DNA of 64,000 nucleotides. Source: an uncultured Spirochaetota bacterium (lineage in GTDB: Bacteria; Spirochaetota; Spirochaetia; SZUA-6; Fen-1364). Under the pieces are notes generated by a model that saw nothing but the letters and a program-made list of their open reading frames with translations, did no database searches and was not told the origin of the DNA. The first letter of the stretch is position 1, and each line of letters starts with the position of its first letter. The stretch covers positions 448,001 to 512,000 of the forward strand of contig CAWJSK010000019.1 in the NCBI GenBank assembly GCA_963845535.1. Reading direction: 5' to 3'. The translations under genes were made by a program, and so were the position numbers. This document shows, in pieces, positions 9,505 to 19,441 of the stretch.

Positions 9505-10910
9505 TGCCGACCCGTCTTGTGTTCCTGGGGGCAGCCCGGAGCGTTACCGGATCCCGTTTCCTGCTGGAATCAGACGGCGCCATGATCCTCGTGGACTGCG
9601 GTCTTTCCCAGGAGCGGGACTTGCAGGCAAAAAACTGGGAGCCGTTTCCCATTGCGCCGGACCGCATAGACGCGCTTCTCCTGACCCATGCCCACCTGGA
9701 TCACTGCGGGCTGATCCCCCGGCTGGTAAAAGAAGGCTTCCACGGGAAGATATTCACCACCGGACCAACCGCGGAGATCGCGCAGATCGTGATGGCGGAT
9801 TCCGCGCGTCTGCAGGTTGAAGACGCGGAGAACAAGAAGTCGCGCCACGCCCGGGAAGGGCGTGAGAGTCCCCGACCTCTTGCGCCCCTGTACACGGAGA
9901 AAGACGCCCAAAACGCGTCATCTTTGTTTCAGACCGTGGAGTTCCAGCAGAGCGTCAGCGTGGCTCGCGGCATCCAGGCTGAGTTCTTCGAAGCCGGGCA
10001 CATCCTGGGCTCCGCTTCCATCAGGGTCAGGTTCGGCACAAACTCTGACGCGCGGACGGTGCTTTTTTCCGGAGACATCGGCCGCTGGGACAGGCCCATC
10101 ATCAATGATCCCAGCCCCTGCGACCAGGCGGACTACGTGCTGATGGAATCCACCTATGGGGACTCCCTGCACGGCAGTGACGCCGAGATAACACAGACGC
10201 TGGAGAAGGTGGTCACGGGAACCGTTGCGGCGGGCGGGAACGTGGTGATCCCCAGCTTCGCCATCGAGCGGTCCCAGGAGGTGTTGTACTATCTCAACAA
10301 CCTCCTTCTCGCGAACAAGATCCCGCATCTGCTCGTCTTCCTCGACAGCCCCATGGCCTCGAAGGTCACAGACGTTTTCAGCCATTGGCCCGACTTCTTT
10401 GACACCGACATGCGTGAGTTGATCCGCCAGAACCGCTCGCCCTTCGATCTGCCAGGGCTCGTCATGGCCCGAAGCAGGGAAGACTCCAAGGCAATCAACA
10501 GGATAGCCGGCAGCGTGGTCATCATTGCAGGGGCGGGCATGTGCACGGGAGGGCGGATCAAGCATCACCTCGTCAGGAACATCTCACGCCCGGAAAGCGC
10601 GGTGCTTTTTGTCGGATACCAGGCGCAGGGGACTCTTGGCCGCCAGATCGTGGAAGGAGCCGCGGAGGTCCGCGTCCTCGGGGAACGGCAGGCGGTAAGG
10701 GCAAAAATAGCGCGAATCTCGGGGTTTTCGGGCCACGCGGACCGTGAAGAGCTCCTGCGCTGGGCGTCATTCATCAAGCGGCCGCCGCGGACTGCGTTCA
10801 TCATTCACGGTGAGCCGCAGGTTTCAGAGCATTTCCGTTCGACGCTTGCGGAGAAGAAGGGGTGGAACGCCATTGTTCCATCACCCGGCCAATCGGTTCA
10901 GCTGAGCTGA
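9504..10910 (+). CDS. MBL-fold metallo-hydrolase, beta-CASP RNase family
   Basis: THAHLDHCG, AGHILGS, MESTYGD, GMCTGGRIKHH, FSGHAD, HGE. Confidence 0.92.
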   Translation: MPTRLVFLGAARSVTGSRFLLESDGAMILVDCGLSQERDLQAKNWEPFPIAPDRIDALLLTHAHLDHCGLIPRLVKEGFHGKIFTTGPTAEIAQIVMADSARLQVEDAENKKSRHAREGRESPRPLAPLYTEKDAQNASSLFQTVEFQQSVSVARGIQAEFFEAGHILGSASIRVRFGTNSDARTVLFSGDIGRWDRPIINDPSPCDQADYVLMESTYGDSLHGSDAEITQTLEKVVTGTVAAGGNVVIPSFAIERSQEVLYYLNNLLLANKIPHLLVFLDSPMASKVTDVFSHWPDFFDTDMRELIRQNRSPFDLPGLVMARSREDSKAINRIAGSVVIIAGAGMCTGGRIKHHLVRNISRPESAVLFVGYQAQGTLGRQIVEGAAEVRVLGERQAVRAKIARISGFSGHADREELLRWASFIKRPPRTAFIIHGEPQVSEHFRSTLAEKKGWNAIVPSPGQSVQLS

Positions 10911-10944
10911 CAGAAGAAGCCTCTGCTCGCGGAGGTGAAAACCC

Positions 10945-12603
10945 TCAATATTTGAAGGCGCTCTCTCCGATGAACTCACGCAGGATGGAGGTGGCGGGCA
11001 CCCATTGGGGGTGAAGCGGCGCGAAGTTTTCCAGGAAGGAAAGCAGGCGGCGCGCCTCCTGGTATTCCGGGAGGTCCGGCTTGACGGATGCGAGCAGCGG
11101 TTCGGCGTACACCTTGAGCACGGCCAACTCGTAGTCGAGCGCCGAGTTGAAGGCCGAGTCGGCGGCGTTCTGGAAAGGAAAGATGTTTCGATCCTCACCC
11201 CGCCGCACGGAAGGCCACATGGTAAGCGTTTGCCCCGCGGAATGGCCTCGGAACTGGTTGTCCCTCACCATCCTTCTGATGAGCCGGTTGTCCGTGGTGG
11301 CAATCCTGTTGTGGTCGTCGAGGTTGAGCTGCGTCAGCGCGGAGACGTACACCTTGTGCTTCTGGTCCCGCGGAACCAGCGGCGTGAGGGCATCGTTCAA
11401 GCCATGGATCCCCTCCAGGATGAGGATTGCGCGCTCGGGAAAGCGCATGCGCAATCCAGCGGGCTTGCGCTTGCCGGCGTGAAAGTCGAAAAGCGGCGTC
11501 TCCACCTCTTCACCGGCGAGCAGACCGACGAGGTGCTTGTTCAGCAGCTCGACGTCCAGGGCCTCCAGGGATTCAAAGTCGGGCTTCCCTTCCTCATCCA
11601 ACGGCGTGAGCTCATGAGGTTTGTAATAGTCGTCCAGGGAGATGGTGACGGGATTCCTGCCTACAACGCGAAGCTGGATCATCAGTTTCTTGGAGAACGT
11701 GGTCTTGCCGGACGATGAAGGGCCGGCAATCAGGACGCAACGGACGGCTTCCCTTTTCGCCGTGATCCTGTCCGCGATTTCCGCGATCTTCTTGTTCTGG
11801 AGGGCTTCCGCCACCTGCACGAACTCCTGGATCCCGCCATCACGTATCAGCTCGTCGAGCCTTCCGACGGAGCCCACCCGGAGTATTTTTCCCCAGTTTT
11901 TGTATTCCCGGTAGATGGAGTACAGCACGGGGTTGTCCTGGAACGGGCCGAGGTCCTCCGGCGCGTGCGATGACGGGTAGCGCAGCAGGAATCCCGGCGG
12001 ATACCCTTTGATCCCGAAAACGGAAAGCAGCCCCGTGCACGGTACGAGCGGGCCGTGGGACAGGTCCAGGTATCCCTCGCAGGAGTTGACCCTGATGGAC
12101 GGGTCGTTGCGATTCTTCAGGAGCAGGACGGTGTCGGGCTGGTTGTGCTTCTCGAAATACTCCACCGCCTCCCGGTAGGAAAGCAACAAGGAGATGATTG
12201 GCGCGTCCCGTGCGACGATTTCCCGCATGGCGCTTTCGAGGCGCTCCACATCCGAAGCGGAAAGCCCCTCCATTCCGTCCAGGTAGTAGAAGTAGCTCTG
12301 CCCTAATGAATGCCCAATAATGAGCCTGTGCCGGGGGAACGCCTTCTTTGAAGCCATGGACAGGAGGAAGCACAGCGACTTCCTGTAGATGAGAACCCCT
12401 TCCTTGCTTTCCAGGTCCACGGGTTCCAGCGTGCAGTTCACCGTCAGGGCGGATTCCAGGCTCACCACTTCGTTGTTGAGCCGGGCGGCAACCGCGGCAT
12501 GCGCGCTCCTGGGAAAGCAGGGGTCTGCGGCGGCCTCCCGTACGGGAGTGCCGGCCAGGAACTCACGCGCCTGCCCGTTGGGGTAGGTCACCCGGACATT
12601 CAT
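10945..12603 (-). CDS. nucleoside (uridine) kinase with N-terminal TGS/ThrRS-like domains
   Basis: IAGPSSSGKTT P-loop, SLDDYY, EGIHGLN, RLIRRMVRD. Confidence 0.88.
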   Translation of the reverse strand: MNVRVTYPNGQAREFLAGTPVREAAADPCFPRSAHAAVAARLNNEVVSLESALTVNCTLEPVDLESKEGVLIYRKSLCFLLSMASKKAFPRHRLIIGHSLGQSYFYYLDGMEGLSASDVERLESAMREIVARDAPIISLLLSYREAVEYFEKHNQPDTVLLLKNRNDPSIRVNSCEGYLDLSHGPLVPCTGLLSVFGIKGYPPGFLLRYPSSHAPEDLGPFQDNPVLYSIYREYKNWGKILRVGSVGRLDELIRDGGIQEFVQVAEALQNKKIAEIADRITAKREAVRCVLIAGPSSSGKTTFSKKLMIQLRVVGRNPVTISLDDYYKPHELTPLDEEGKPDFESLEALDVELLNKHLVGLLAGEEVETPLFDFHAGKRKPAGLRMRFPERAILILEGIHGLNDALTPLVPRDQKHKVYVSALTQLNLDDHNRIATTDNRLIRRMVRDNQFRGHSAGQTLTMWPSVRRGEDRNIFPFQNAADSAFNSALDYELAVLKVYAEPLLASVKPDLPEYQEARRLLSFLENFAPLHPQWVPATSILREFIGESAFKY

Positions 12604-13763
12604 ATCATGTCCCTGATGAGCTTCGACTCCTCCGTGCCGAGCACCCGCGCGATTCCCAGCCCTTTTCCTTCCGTGATCTGGACGAGGGGCGGGTCATCGA
12701 GCTTCATCCCTTGCGGGTCCACCACGACCCGGACAACCGGGCAGCGCGGCCGCGCCGGGTCAGTCCGCGTCACAAGACCCTTGCTGTTGTTGGTGAGCAG
12801 CACCGCGGTTCCCACGGGGTACACCGACAGCGTGTACACGAAGGCCTTGAGCACCTTGTCATCGTAATGGCCGCGGTGCTTCTGGAGGAGGTCTTTGATG
12901 GAGGAATGGCCGTCGAGAGGCTCCGATTTGAACGGACGGCTGGAGACCATTGCATCATACGAGCAGGCCACGGCAATGATCTTGGCGTACTCTGTGATCT
13001 TGTCTCCCGAAAGCCCGCGCGGGTAGCCGGTCCCGTCCACCCTTTCGTGATGCTCGAGAGCGGCGAGCGCGACGTTCTCAGGCGCCGAGAAGCCCTTCAG
13101 GATCCTGTACCCCAGGAGCGTGTGGGTGGCGAGGACTTTCTTCTGCTCATCGTTCAAGGGGTCGGAGGATCGGCGCAGCTCCACGGGAAGCTTGAACATG
13201 CCGATCTCGTGCAGGAGGCACGCGTTACCCAGCTCAATGAGGCGATGCGGAGGAGCCTTGAGGAACTCCCCGATGGCGATGGAAAGGATGGTCGTGTTGA
13301 CCGCGTGGCTGATCAGGTACCGGTCCCCTTCCGCGTTCCTGTCGACGAAGCGCAGGAGCGAATCCCGATTGTCGTGCACCATCTGGATGGTCTTCTTGAC
13401 CCACTCGGTGATTTCTCCCAGGCGCATGACACCGTCCGCCACGTAGTTGGCGAACAGCGCGGATGCGAACCCTGAGAGCTCCCGGTAGAACGTACGGGCG
13501 GCCGCCGCCTGCTTGTTTGCCGCGATGTCTTCGTCGATTGTCTGCGGCGCCACGCTTGTGGACTCCGAGCCGGAGAGGTAGCTCGGGACATCTTTCCTGG
13601 TCCCGTCAGAAAAGACTTCCGTGTACTTCCACTTCCTCAGCCTGTTGGTCAGCTCCGGCGTGACAGGGGAATCCGGCGTGAGGAGGATGAACCCCTTGTC
13701 GAGGAAAACGGGTTGATCGAAATAAATGTTGGGCGTCAACTCCGATAGTGACATGCCCCTCAT
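12600..13763 (-). CDS. HD-GYP domain protein (degenerate)
   Basis: HHERVDGTGYP present; HD is HE (LLHEIG) and AVAD is AVAC. Confidence 0.85.
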   Translation of the reverse strand: MRGMSLSELTPNIYFDQPVFLDKGFILLTPDSPVTPELTNRLRKWKYTEVFSDGTRKDVPSYLSGSESTSVAPQTIDEDIAANKQAAAARTFYRELSGFASALFANYVADGVMRLGEITEWVKKTIQMVHDNRDSLLRFVDRNAEGDRYLISHAVNTTILSIAIGEFLKAPPHRLIELGNACLLHEIGMFKLPVELRRSSDPLNDEQKKVLATHTLLGYRILKGFSAPENVALAALEHHERVDGTGYPRGLSGDKITEYAKIIAVACSYDAMVSSRPFKSEPLDGHSSIKDLLQKHRGHYDDKVLKAFVYTLSVYPVGTAVLLTNNSKGLVTRTDPARPRCPVVRVVVDPQGMKLDDPPLVQITEGKGLGIARVLGTEESKLIRDMI

Positions 13764-13849
13764 GGTCTGTAGTCCCTTCTCCCCTTTACTGGGGACCCCT
13801 TTTCTCCTACTATATCGCGCCTAGTCTACTCTCAGTATAGGGGTTTTTC

Positions 13850-14665
13850 ATGAAATTGAAAGCCATCTTCGTGATACTCAATGTCGTCCTTGGGGTTGCA
13901 TTCCTCGTGATCTTTCTTACGCCCGTCTTTATGCTGGGGGGGGACTGGTCCTCGCTGTTCTGGTCTCGGAACTGGCCCATCGCGCTTGTGTTCCTCGCCG
14001 CCCTCGCGGCGGTCGACGCTTATTTCATCCTCAACTGGAGGCTCTTCGACGGGCTGGAACGGGAGGATTGGACGAGCGTGGCGGGTTTTTTGGAGAAGAG
14101 GATATACCACCACGGCTGGGTGTCCGCCATGCGCGTCCGACTGCTCCTCAACACGTACCTGGTGACCTCCAACACGGAGAGCATCCGCGCGCTGGAGACT
14201 TTTCTTCGAGGCCGAAAACCGCGCCTCATCCCCCAGTTCAGCCTTCAGTTCGGCATCCCCTATCTGCTGGCGAAAGACCCCAAGGAGCCCGAAACTTTTT
14301 TCCGCGGCCTCCTGGCAACAAAAAAGGTGTCGGACAGGGACTGGGTCAGATGGAACCACGCTTTCAGCCTGCTGCAGATGAAATCCGCGGAGGAGGCAAA
14401 GGCCGAGCTTTCGGAGCTTTCGAAATCCGATCGGGACCCCGTGCTCCAGCTTCTCTCCCTCTACCTCCTGGACGTGGTTGCCAAGGATGATCCTGCCCTC
14501 GAAACGGAAGTGTCAGCGCTGCGTGAAAACCTTCGCGCGCGCTCGACGCGGGAGCAGATCATCAAGGCAATCGAAAAAGCCGGCAACAACATGGAGGTCA
14601 TCGTGCTCTCCCGGATGCTGCACGACGCGGTGGAGTGGCTTTTCGCGGCGCCCGCCGTGACGTAA
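13850..14665 (+). CDS. hypothetical membrane-anchored protein
   Basis: 271-aa ORF with two N-terminal TM segments and a helical remainder. Confidence 0.7.
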   Translation: MKLKAIFVILNVVLGVAFLVIFLTPVFMLGGDWSSLFWSRNWPIALVFLAALAAVDAYFILNWRLFDGLEREDWTSVAGFLEKRIYHHGWVSAMRVRLLLNTYLVTSNTESIRALETFLRGRKPRLIPQFSLQFGIPYLLAKDPKEPETFFRGLLATKKVSDRDWVRWNHAFSLLQMKSAEEAKAELSELSKSDRDPVLQLLSLYLLDVVAKDDPALETEVSALRENLRARSTREQIIKAIEKAGNNMEVIVLSRMLHDAVEWLFAAPAVT

Positions 14666-14676
14666 GGTCGGCTCGC

Positions 14677-15714
14677 ATGCCCGTGAAGAAGAAGCGGGGA
14701 CTCGCCTTCCTTGCGCTCACCGTTCTTCTTTTTGCCGCGGTCATTGCCGGCCTCTGCGTCGGAACCGTGCCCATCAAACCGCTGTCCGTGCTCGCCATGG
14801 CCGCGCGGTCACTCGGCCTGCCCCTGTTCGCGGCGCCGGACGCCACCACGGTCACCATCGTCAGCGAGCTGCGCCTGCCGCGCGTGATAGCGGCGGTGCT
14901 CGTGGGCTGCTCCCTCGCCGTTTGCGGCGTGGTCATGCAAGGGCTGTTCAGGAACCCGATGGCAAGCCCGGAAATCCTCGGCGTTTCCGCGGGCGGCAGC
15001 CTGGGGGCCGTCATCGCCATAACGACGGGCTTCGTGGAAACGTCACAGCTTCTCATGCCGGTATTCACAATCGCGGGGGCGTTTCTTTCAACGACCCTGA
15101 TCTACCTCCTTTCCAGCTCGCGGGGAACAACGTCTCTTTTTTTCATCATCATTTCCGGAATGGCCATTTCCGCGCTCTGCGGCGGGGTGACCTCGGGTCT
15201 GCTTTTGTTTGCCCGCCAATACGAGGTGAGCCAGTACGTCTTCTGGACCATGGGGGGCCTTGACGGCCGCACCTGGCAGCACGTGCTGCTCTCAGCGCCA
15301 GTCCTTGTTCCCGGAGTCATCGCGCTCTCCCTTTTCTCCCGCGAGCTGAACCTCTTCAGCCTGGGGGAGGAAGGAGCGCATTCTCTCGGCGTATCCGTGG
15401 AGACGGTCAAGCGCATCCTGCTGGCGCTCAGCGCGGTTGTCACAGGGGTCGCAATTTCCGTGACAGGCCCAATCGGTTTCATCGGGCTCCTCGTGCCGCA
15501 CCTCTTGAGGATGCTGATTGGTCCCGATCATCGGCGGCTGATCCTCGCCTCTGCGTTGGGAGGCGGGCTGTTCCTCGTCGTCTGCGACCTGATTGGCCGC
15601 TCCATTGCGCCGCCGTTCGAGATACGGGTCGGCATCATCACTGCCGTCATCGGCAGCCCGTACCTCCTGAGCCTCGTCCTGCGCGCGCAGAGGCGTGCGG
15701 TGAGTGTGCAGTGA
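14677..15714 (+). CDS. FecCD/BtuC-family metal-chelate ABC permease
   Basis: RLPRV, QGLFRNPMASPEILGVSAG, GPIGFIGLLVPH. Confidence 0.92.
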   Translation: MPVKKKRGLAFLALTVLLFAAVIAGLCVGTVPIKPLSVLAMAARSLGLPLFAAPDATTVTIVSELRLPRVIAAVLVGCSLAVCGVVMQGLFRNPMASPEILGVSAGGSLGAVIAITTGFVETSQLLMPVFTIAGAFLSTTLIYLLSSSRGTTSLFFIIISGMAISALCGGVTSGLLLFARQYEVSQYVFWTMGGLDGRTWQHVLLSAPVLVPGVIALSLFSRELNLFSLGEEGAHSLGVSVETVKRILLALSAVVTGVAISVTGPIGFIGLLVPHLLRMLIGPDHRRLILASALGGGLFLVVCDLIGRSIAPPFEIRVGIITAVIGSPYLLSLVLRAQRRAVSVQ

Positions 15715-15730
15715 GCGCAGTGAGCGAGCA

Positions 15731-16975
15731 GTGACGGCCCTTGTCGAGGCGGCCGGGCTTGTATGGTCCGCGGGCCCCAAGCGCATCATCGACTCGATCG
15801 ACCTTTCGGTGGACCGAGGGGAGCTTGTCGGGATCATCGGACCCAACGGCTCCGGAAAAACCTCCCTTCTGCGGCTGCTGTCGGGAGCCCTTCGTCCCAC
15901 AAGCGGCGAAGTGCGTCTTTGCGGGCGCCTGCTCCCGGAAATGAGCGCGCGCGAGCGTGCCCGGCTCCTTGCCTGGATGAGCCAGGAGGCCCTTTTTGCC
16001 CCGGCGTTTACGGTGATGGAAGTCCTGCTCATGGGCAGGTATCCGTACCGGGGAAGATTCGACCCGGAGTCCGCCCAGGACAAGCAAATGGCCCTGGACG
16101 CCCTGTCAGTGGTCGGGCTGCCGGGCCTCGAAGACAGGGTCATGGGGGAGCTCTCCGGCGGTGAACGCCAGCTCGTGCTTTTTGCGAAGACTCTGGTTCA
16201 GGACACCGACATTTTTCTGCTGGACGAGCCGAGCTCGAGCCTCGACATTGGCCATCAGGACCGGATTTTCTCCATGACGCAGGAGATGGCCCGTTCCGGC
16301 CGTGCCGTGATTGTCTCCGTTCACAACCTCAGTGTGGCCGCCGAATACTGCACGCGCCTTGTTTTGCTGGACAAAGGGGCCATAGCCGCATCCGGCGCGC
16401 CTGAAGCGGTGCTGCGGCCTGAGCTGCTTGACCGTGTCTATGCGGTTCGGACGCTGATCTCAGCGAGCTCCGCCACGGGAAGCTTGACGGTGACCGTTGT
16501 GCCTGGCCGCGCCGTTTCCCGGACGATGAGAGTGCACCTCATCGGCGGGGCGGGCAGCGCGGTGAACCTGACGCGTGAGCTGTATCGCAGGGGGTTCCGT
16601 CTCTCGGGAGGAATTGCGCACGAATACGATTCTGATGAGAAGCTTTGGCGAAGCCTTGCTTTGCCCGTGGAATCCGTGGGCGCTTTCTCGCGGATAGACG
16701 ATGCGGACGTGGCCCGCGCATCCCGCCTTGTCCGTGAAGCCGATGTGACAATCCTTTGCCCGTTCCCCGTTGGCACGGGCAACCTTGGCAACCTGCGGCT
16801 TGCGGGCCACGCGCGCCGGCTCATCATCATGGAGCCCGGTTCTGGAGAGGTGGAGAGGGATTTCTTCTCCCCTGAGGCGGGGGAGATTTTCGAAGAGCTT
16901 CGGGCCGGGGCCACGCTGCTCGGCTACCCGGAGATCGTTTCCCGGCTGACGGCAGAGACTGAAGCCGCGCAGTAG
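15731..16975 (+). CDS. metal-chelate ABC ATP-binding protein with C-terminal extension
   Basis: GPNGSGKT, LSGGERQ, LLDEP; about 150 extra C-terminal residues (RVHLIGGAGS...). Confidence 0.88.
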   Translation: MTALVEAAGLVWSAGPKRIIDSIDLSVDRGELVGIIGPNGSGKTSLLRLLSGALRPTSGEVRLCGRLLPEMSARERARLLAWMSQEALFAPAFTVMEVLLMGRYPYRGRFDPESAQDKQMALDALSVVGLPGLEDRVMGELSGGERQLVLFAKTLVQDTDIFLLDEPSSSLDIGHQDRIFSMTQEMARSGRAVIVSVHNLSVAAEYCTRLVLLDKGAIAASGAPEAVLRPELLDRVYAVRTLISASSATGSLTVTVVPGRAVSRTMRVHLIGGAGSAVNLTRELYRRGFRLSGGIAHEYDSDEKLWRSLALPVESVGAFSRIDDADVARASRLVREADVTILCPFPVGTGNLGNLRLAGHARRLIIMEPGSGEVERDFFSPEAGEIFEELRAGATLLGYPEIVSRLTAETEAAQ

Positions 16976-17021
16976 GGCGGCTTCAGCCGTATTCGGCGCT
17001 CTTCCCGCCCGCTCCCAACGC

Positions 17022-17633
17022 CTAAACGCCCGTGATCCCGAGGCTTGCTTTCAGGCGATTGATCTCAGCTCGCAAGGACGACGCCACGGGCTTGTACTTC
17101 GACTCGCGATAGGCGCGCAGGTAATCATCCGTGGCCTCCAGGAGCTTTTTCTCCGCTTCGTCGAACTGACGGCAGGCACCGGCGGCAAGCTCTTTGCGCC
17201 CCGTGGCGTTGTAGTAGACGGCGAGGCCCTTGTATGCGGCAAGGAAGTACGGGTCACAGAGGATGGCGGAGTGGAATGAGAGCTCCACCAGGCCGGCTGC
17301 CTGGACCTGACGCGCCGAGCCTTCCGCCATGTCTCCCAGGTGCTGGATGATGTCTCCGGCAAGGCCGACGAACGTGGCAGCGAACGCCGAGAGCGCCTGT
17401 GCCGGGTCCTGCCAGATCTTGGCGAGGTCGACGAAGTTGTTCTTCACGCAATCGTGGTACTCCGCGACGAATACGAGGCGGCTGATCTTCAGAACGTCGC
17501 CTTTGGCATTGTCAATGATTGCCTTCAGGACTTCAGCACGGATGAGGCTCCAATGCGCGCGGCTGGAGAGCGCCCGAAGGAGCTCGTGACTGTCCTTTAT
17601 ATTGAAGAGTTTTTCACTTCCGAATAATGCCAT
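17022..17633 (-). CDS. hypothetical protein with TPR-like C-terminal helices
   Basis: 203-aa ORF after GGAG; DPYFLAAYKGLAVYYNATGRKELA resembles one TPR. Confidence 0.6.
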   Translation of the reverse strand: MALFGSEKLFNIKDSHELLRALSSRAHWSLIRAEVLKAIIDNAKGDVLKISRLVFVAEYHDCVKNNFVDLAKIWQDPAQALSAFAATFVGLAGDIIQHLGDMAEGSARQVQAAGLVELSFHSAILCDPYFLAAYKGLAVYYNATGRKELAAGACRQFDEAEKKLLEATDDYLRAYRESKYKPVASSLRAEINRLKASLGITGV

Positions 17634-17849
17634 TTCTGCTCCGCAACCCAATAATGCGCTTCAGGCCCAGGAAAGCGTACGATCCCGGGTGCGTACGGGC
17701 AAACTCCACTTTATTGGAGCAACAAAGTATTTTGGATTATGTCCAAAAGCAGTGAAATAGACAAGCGGCTTCTCGGAAAGTACTTCTCGGAGAGTATCTC
17801 GCCTTTCCAGGAATCCTCAAGCTCGTGTCATTTCATAGAAAGGCATTTA

Positions 17850-18050
17850 CTCCCTAGAAATATTGCATGCTGAGCAGCCTGACCATCTCCCGTGCGGATG
17901 CCTCTCCGCGATAATGCCGGGCAACCTCAATAAAACCGTGAATGAAGTTATCCGCGAGGATGTGATAGAAAGCTTTGCTCTTGTGATGAAGTTCTCAAAG
18001 CCCGGTTCCGCTGTGCTCTCTTCCTTCTCCACCATTTGGCTCACGAGGTA
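17850..18050 (-). pseudogene. possible remnant of a TetR-family C-terminal domain
   Basis: minus-strand peptide AFYHILADNFIHGFIEVARHYRGEASAREMVRLLSMQYF* without an intact N-terminus; weak resemblance only. Confidence 0.25.
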
Positions 18051-18136
18051 GTATGTAGGCTTATTAGCTCGCCTGTCGCAGCCACAGGCGAGCCCGGAGC
18101 GGGCGCTGGCCAACCGGGAACAAGCGGAGGCCAATC

Positions 18137-18428
18137 TGTCCGGGGTCACATAGAATCCCCAGCTGAGCGGGAGCTGGGGTCACGTCAATTCCCCACCCCG
18201 ACGATCGCCGGTAGGGTGTCTCCAGAGGGGAGACATCAAGGATGGGCTATCGAAGGATGAAGAAGCGCGACCTATGGGAGATCTACCGCAGATGGCAGGC
18301 CGGGCAGTCGCTCTCGCACATCGCCGCCAACGAGCGGCGCGATCGTAAAACCGTCCATGGACGATCAACAATTCTACGAGGTAGTTCAGAAGCTGCTGCC
18401 CAGTCGAAACGAGCGTCCAGCTCCTTAA
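18137..18428 (+). mobile_element. istA: IS21-family remnant: left end plus truncated istA
   Basis: starts TGT; two subterminal repeats GGGGTCACATAGAATCCCCA / GGGGTCACGTCAATTCCCCA; ORF at 18242 MGYRRMKKRDLWEIYRRWQAGQSLSHIAANERRDRKTV is an IstA-type HTH; no DDE domain or istB. Confidence 0.75.
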
Positions 18429-18480
18429 AGCCTGAAAAGAAAGAATTTAAATAAAATTTGCAATGTTATACATTATGACA

Positions 18481-19260
18481 ATGGCAGCACGCTCAAAAGC
18501 AGGAGACGGCTTTACTCTAAAAATAGAGGGTCGGACAAGGAAGTTCCCGGTGCAGGAATTGCCTAAGGATTTTGTCGAGTGGAACCTGGGCCAGCGGATC
18601 GTTAATCTGAAAAAGATGCGCGCGGCATTAGAAGGCAAAGAGCACTCGGCAATGGGGGGAGGCGGAGTTGGATCTCACTTACCGGTGTATATCACCCCCA
18701 ATGCAAAAGAGAGCGCGCTTTTCCCCGTAAACGCGGCAACAAAAGGGACTGGATTCGTCGTCAAAGAGGAATACTTGGAGTACTACCTCAAGAAGTTTCG
18801 AACCATCTATGAGCAAACCGTGATTAAGGGCGAGGCGTCTTCCGAAGCAATAGCCGAATCTGCCCGCGCTCGTATCGAAGCCATCCTGGAGTTTTATGAA
18901 GATACCGATAAAATAGATTTTCGCTGCATGGCCGGCTTGGAGATTTGGCCCGGAAGAACGACAGAAAACTTCCATGCCGATCCGCGAGTCTCGATCCACT
19001 TTTTAGGGATGTCGTTGCCAGAGCGGCCCACGCGATACAATCAATGGCAGGTAAATTGCATTTGGGAAAAAATCGAACCCAACGATAGGCGATTTGAGTT
19101 TGGCGTGGCGCTGCGCCGATTAACACTAGGCAATGTGGGGGAATCGTTCGTGCCGGGACATATCCCCACCGAACATACGCCGACGCGAGGCAACTACCCC
19201 TTCGGCTGGATACTCTGGGTGATCGAGACGCTCGACAAAGGCATCGATAACCTCCCGTAA
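18481..19260 (+). CDS. hypothetical protein, possible FMN-binding split-barrel (PNPOx-like) C-terminal part
   Basis: long ORF in AT-richer DNA; GLEIWPGRTTENFHADPRVSIHF resembles the PNPOx-like T..N...NP.V pattern; start uncertain (18463-18481). Confidence 0.6.
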   Translation: MAARSKAGDGFTLKIEGRTRKFPVQELPKDFVEWNLGQRIVNLKKMRAALEGKEHSAMGGGGVGSHLPVYITPNAKESALFPVNAATKGTGFVVKEEYLEYYLKKFRTIYEQTVIKGEASSEAIAESARARIEAILEFYEDTDKIDFRCMAGLEIWPGRTTENFHADPRVSIHFLGMSLPERPTRYNQWQVNCIWEKIEPNDRRFEFGVALRRLTLGNVGESFVPGHIPTEHTPTRGNYPFGWILWVIETLDKGIDNLP

Positions 19261-19294
19261 TGAACCTTCGGCGTCTGATTGATATCTAGACCGT

Positions 19295-19441
19295 ACTTTC
19301 CCCCAGGATCTGGAGGAGTCGGCGATGATGGACGGCCTGTCGCACTACGGGATCTTTTTCCGCATCATCGCTCCCCTGTCCACGGCCATCGCGGTGACGC
19401 TGGCTGTCGCGTTCTTCGTCGCGAACTGGAACAGCTACCTC
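19295..19441 (+). pseudogene. internal fragment of a carbohydrate ABC permease
   Basis: FPQDLEESAMMDGLSHYGIFFRIIAPLS...FVANWNSYL is the EAA loop plus WN motif; both ends missing. Confidence 0.8.

Noticed and set aside
15708..15734. GCAGTGAGC short tandem repeat at the permease/ATPase junction
   Set aside because: Only 2-3 short units, no spacers; probably a local duplication around the stop/start overlap
17640..17720. Hairpin-rich stretch (GCGTACG twice, CCAATAA/TTATTGG) as a riboswitch, tRNA or att site
   Set aside because: No cloverleaf and no conserved riboswitch core that I could match
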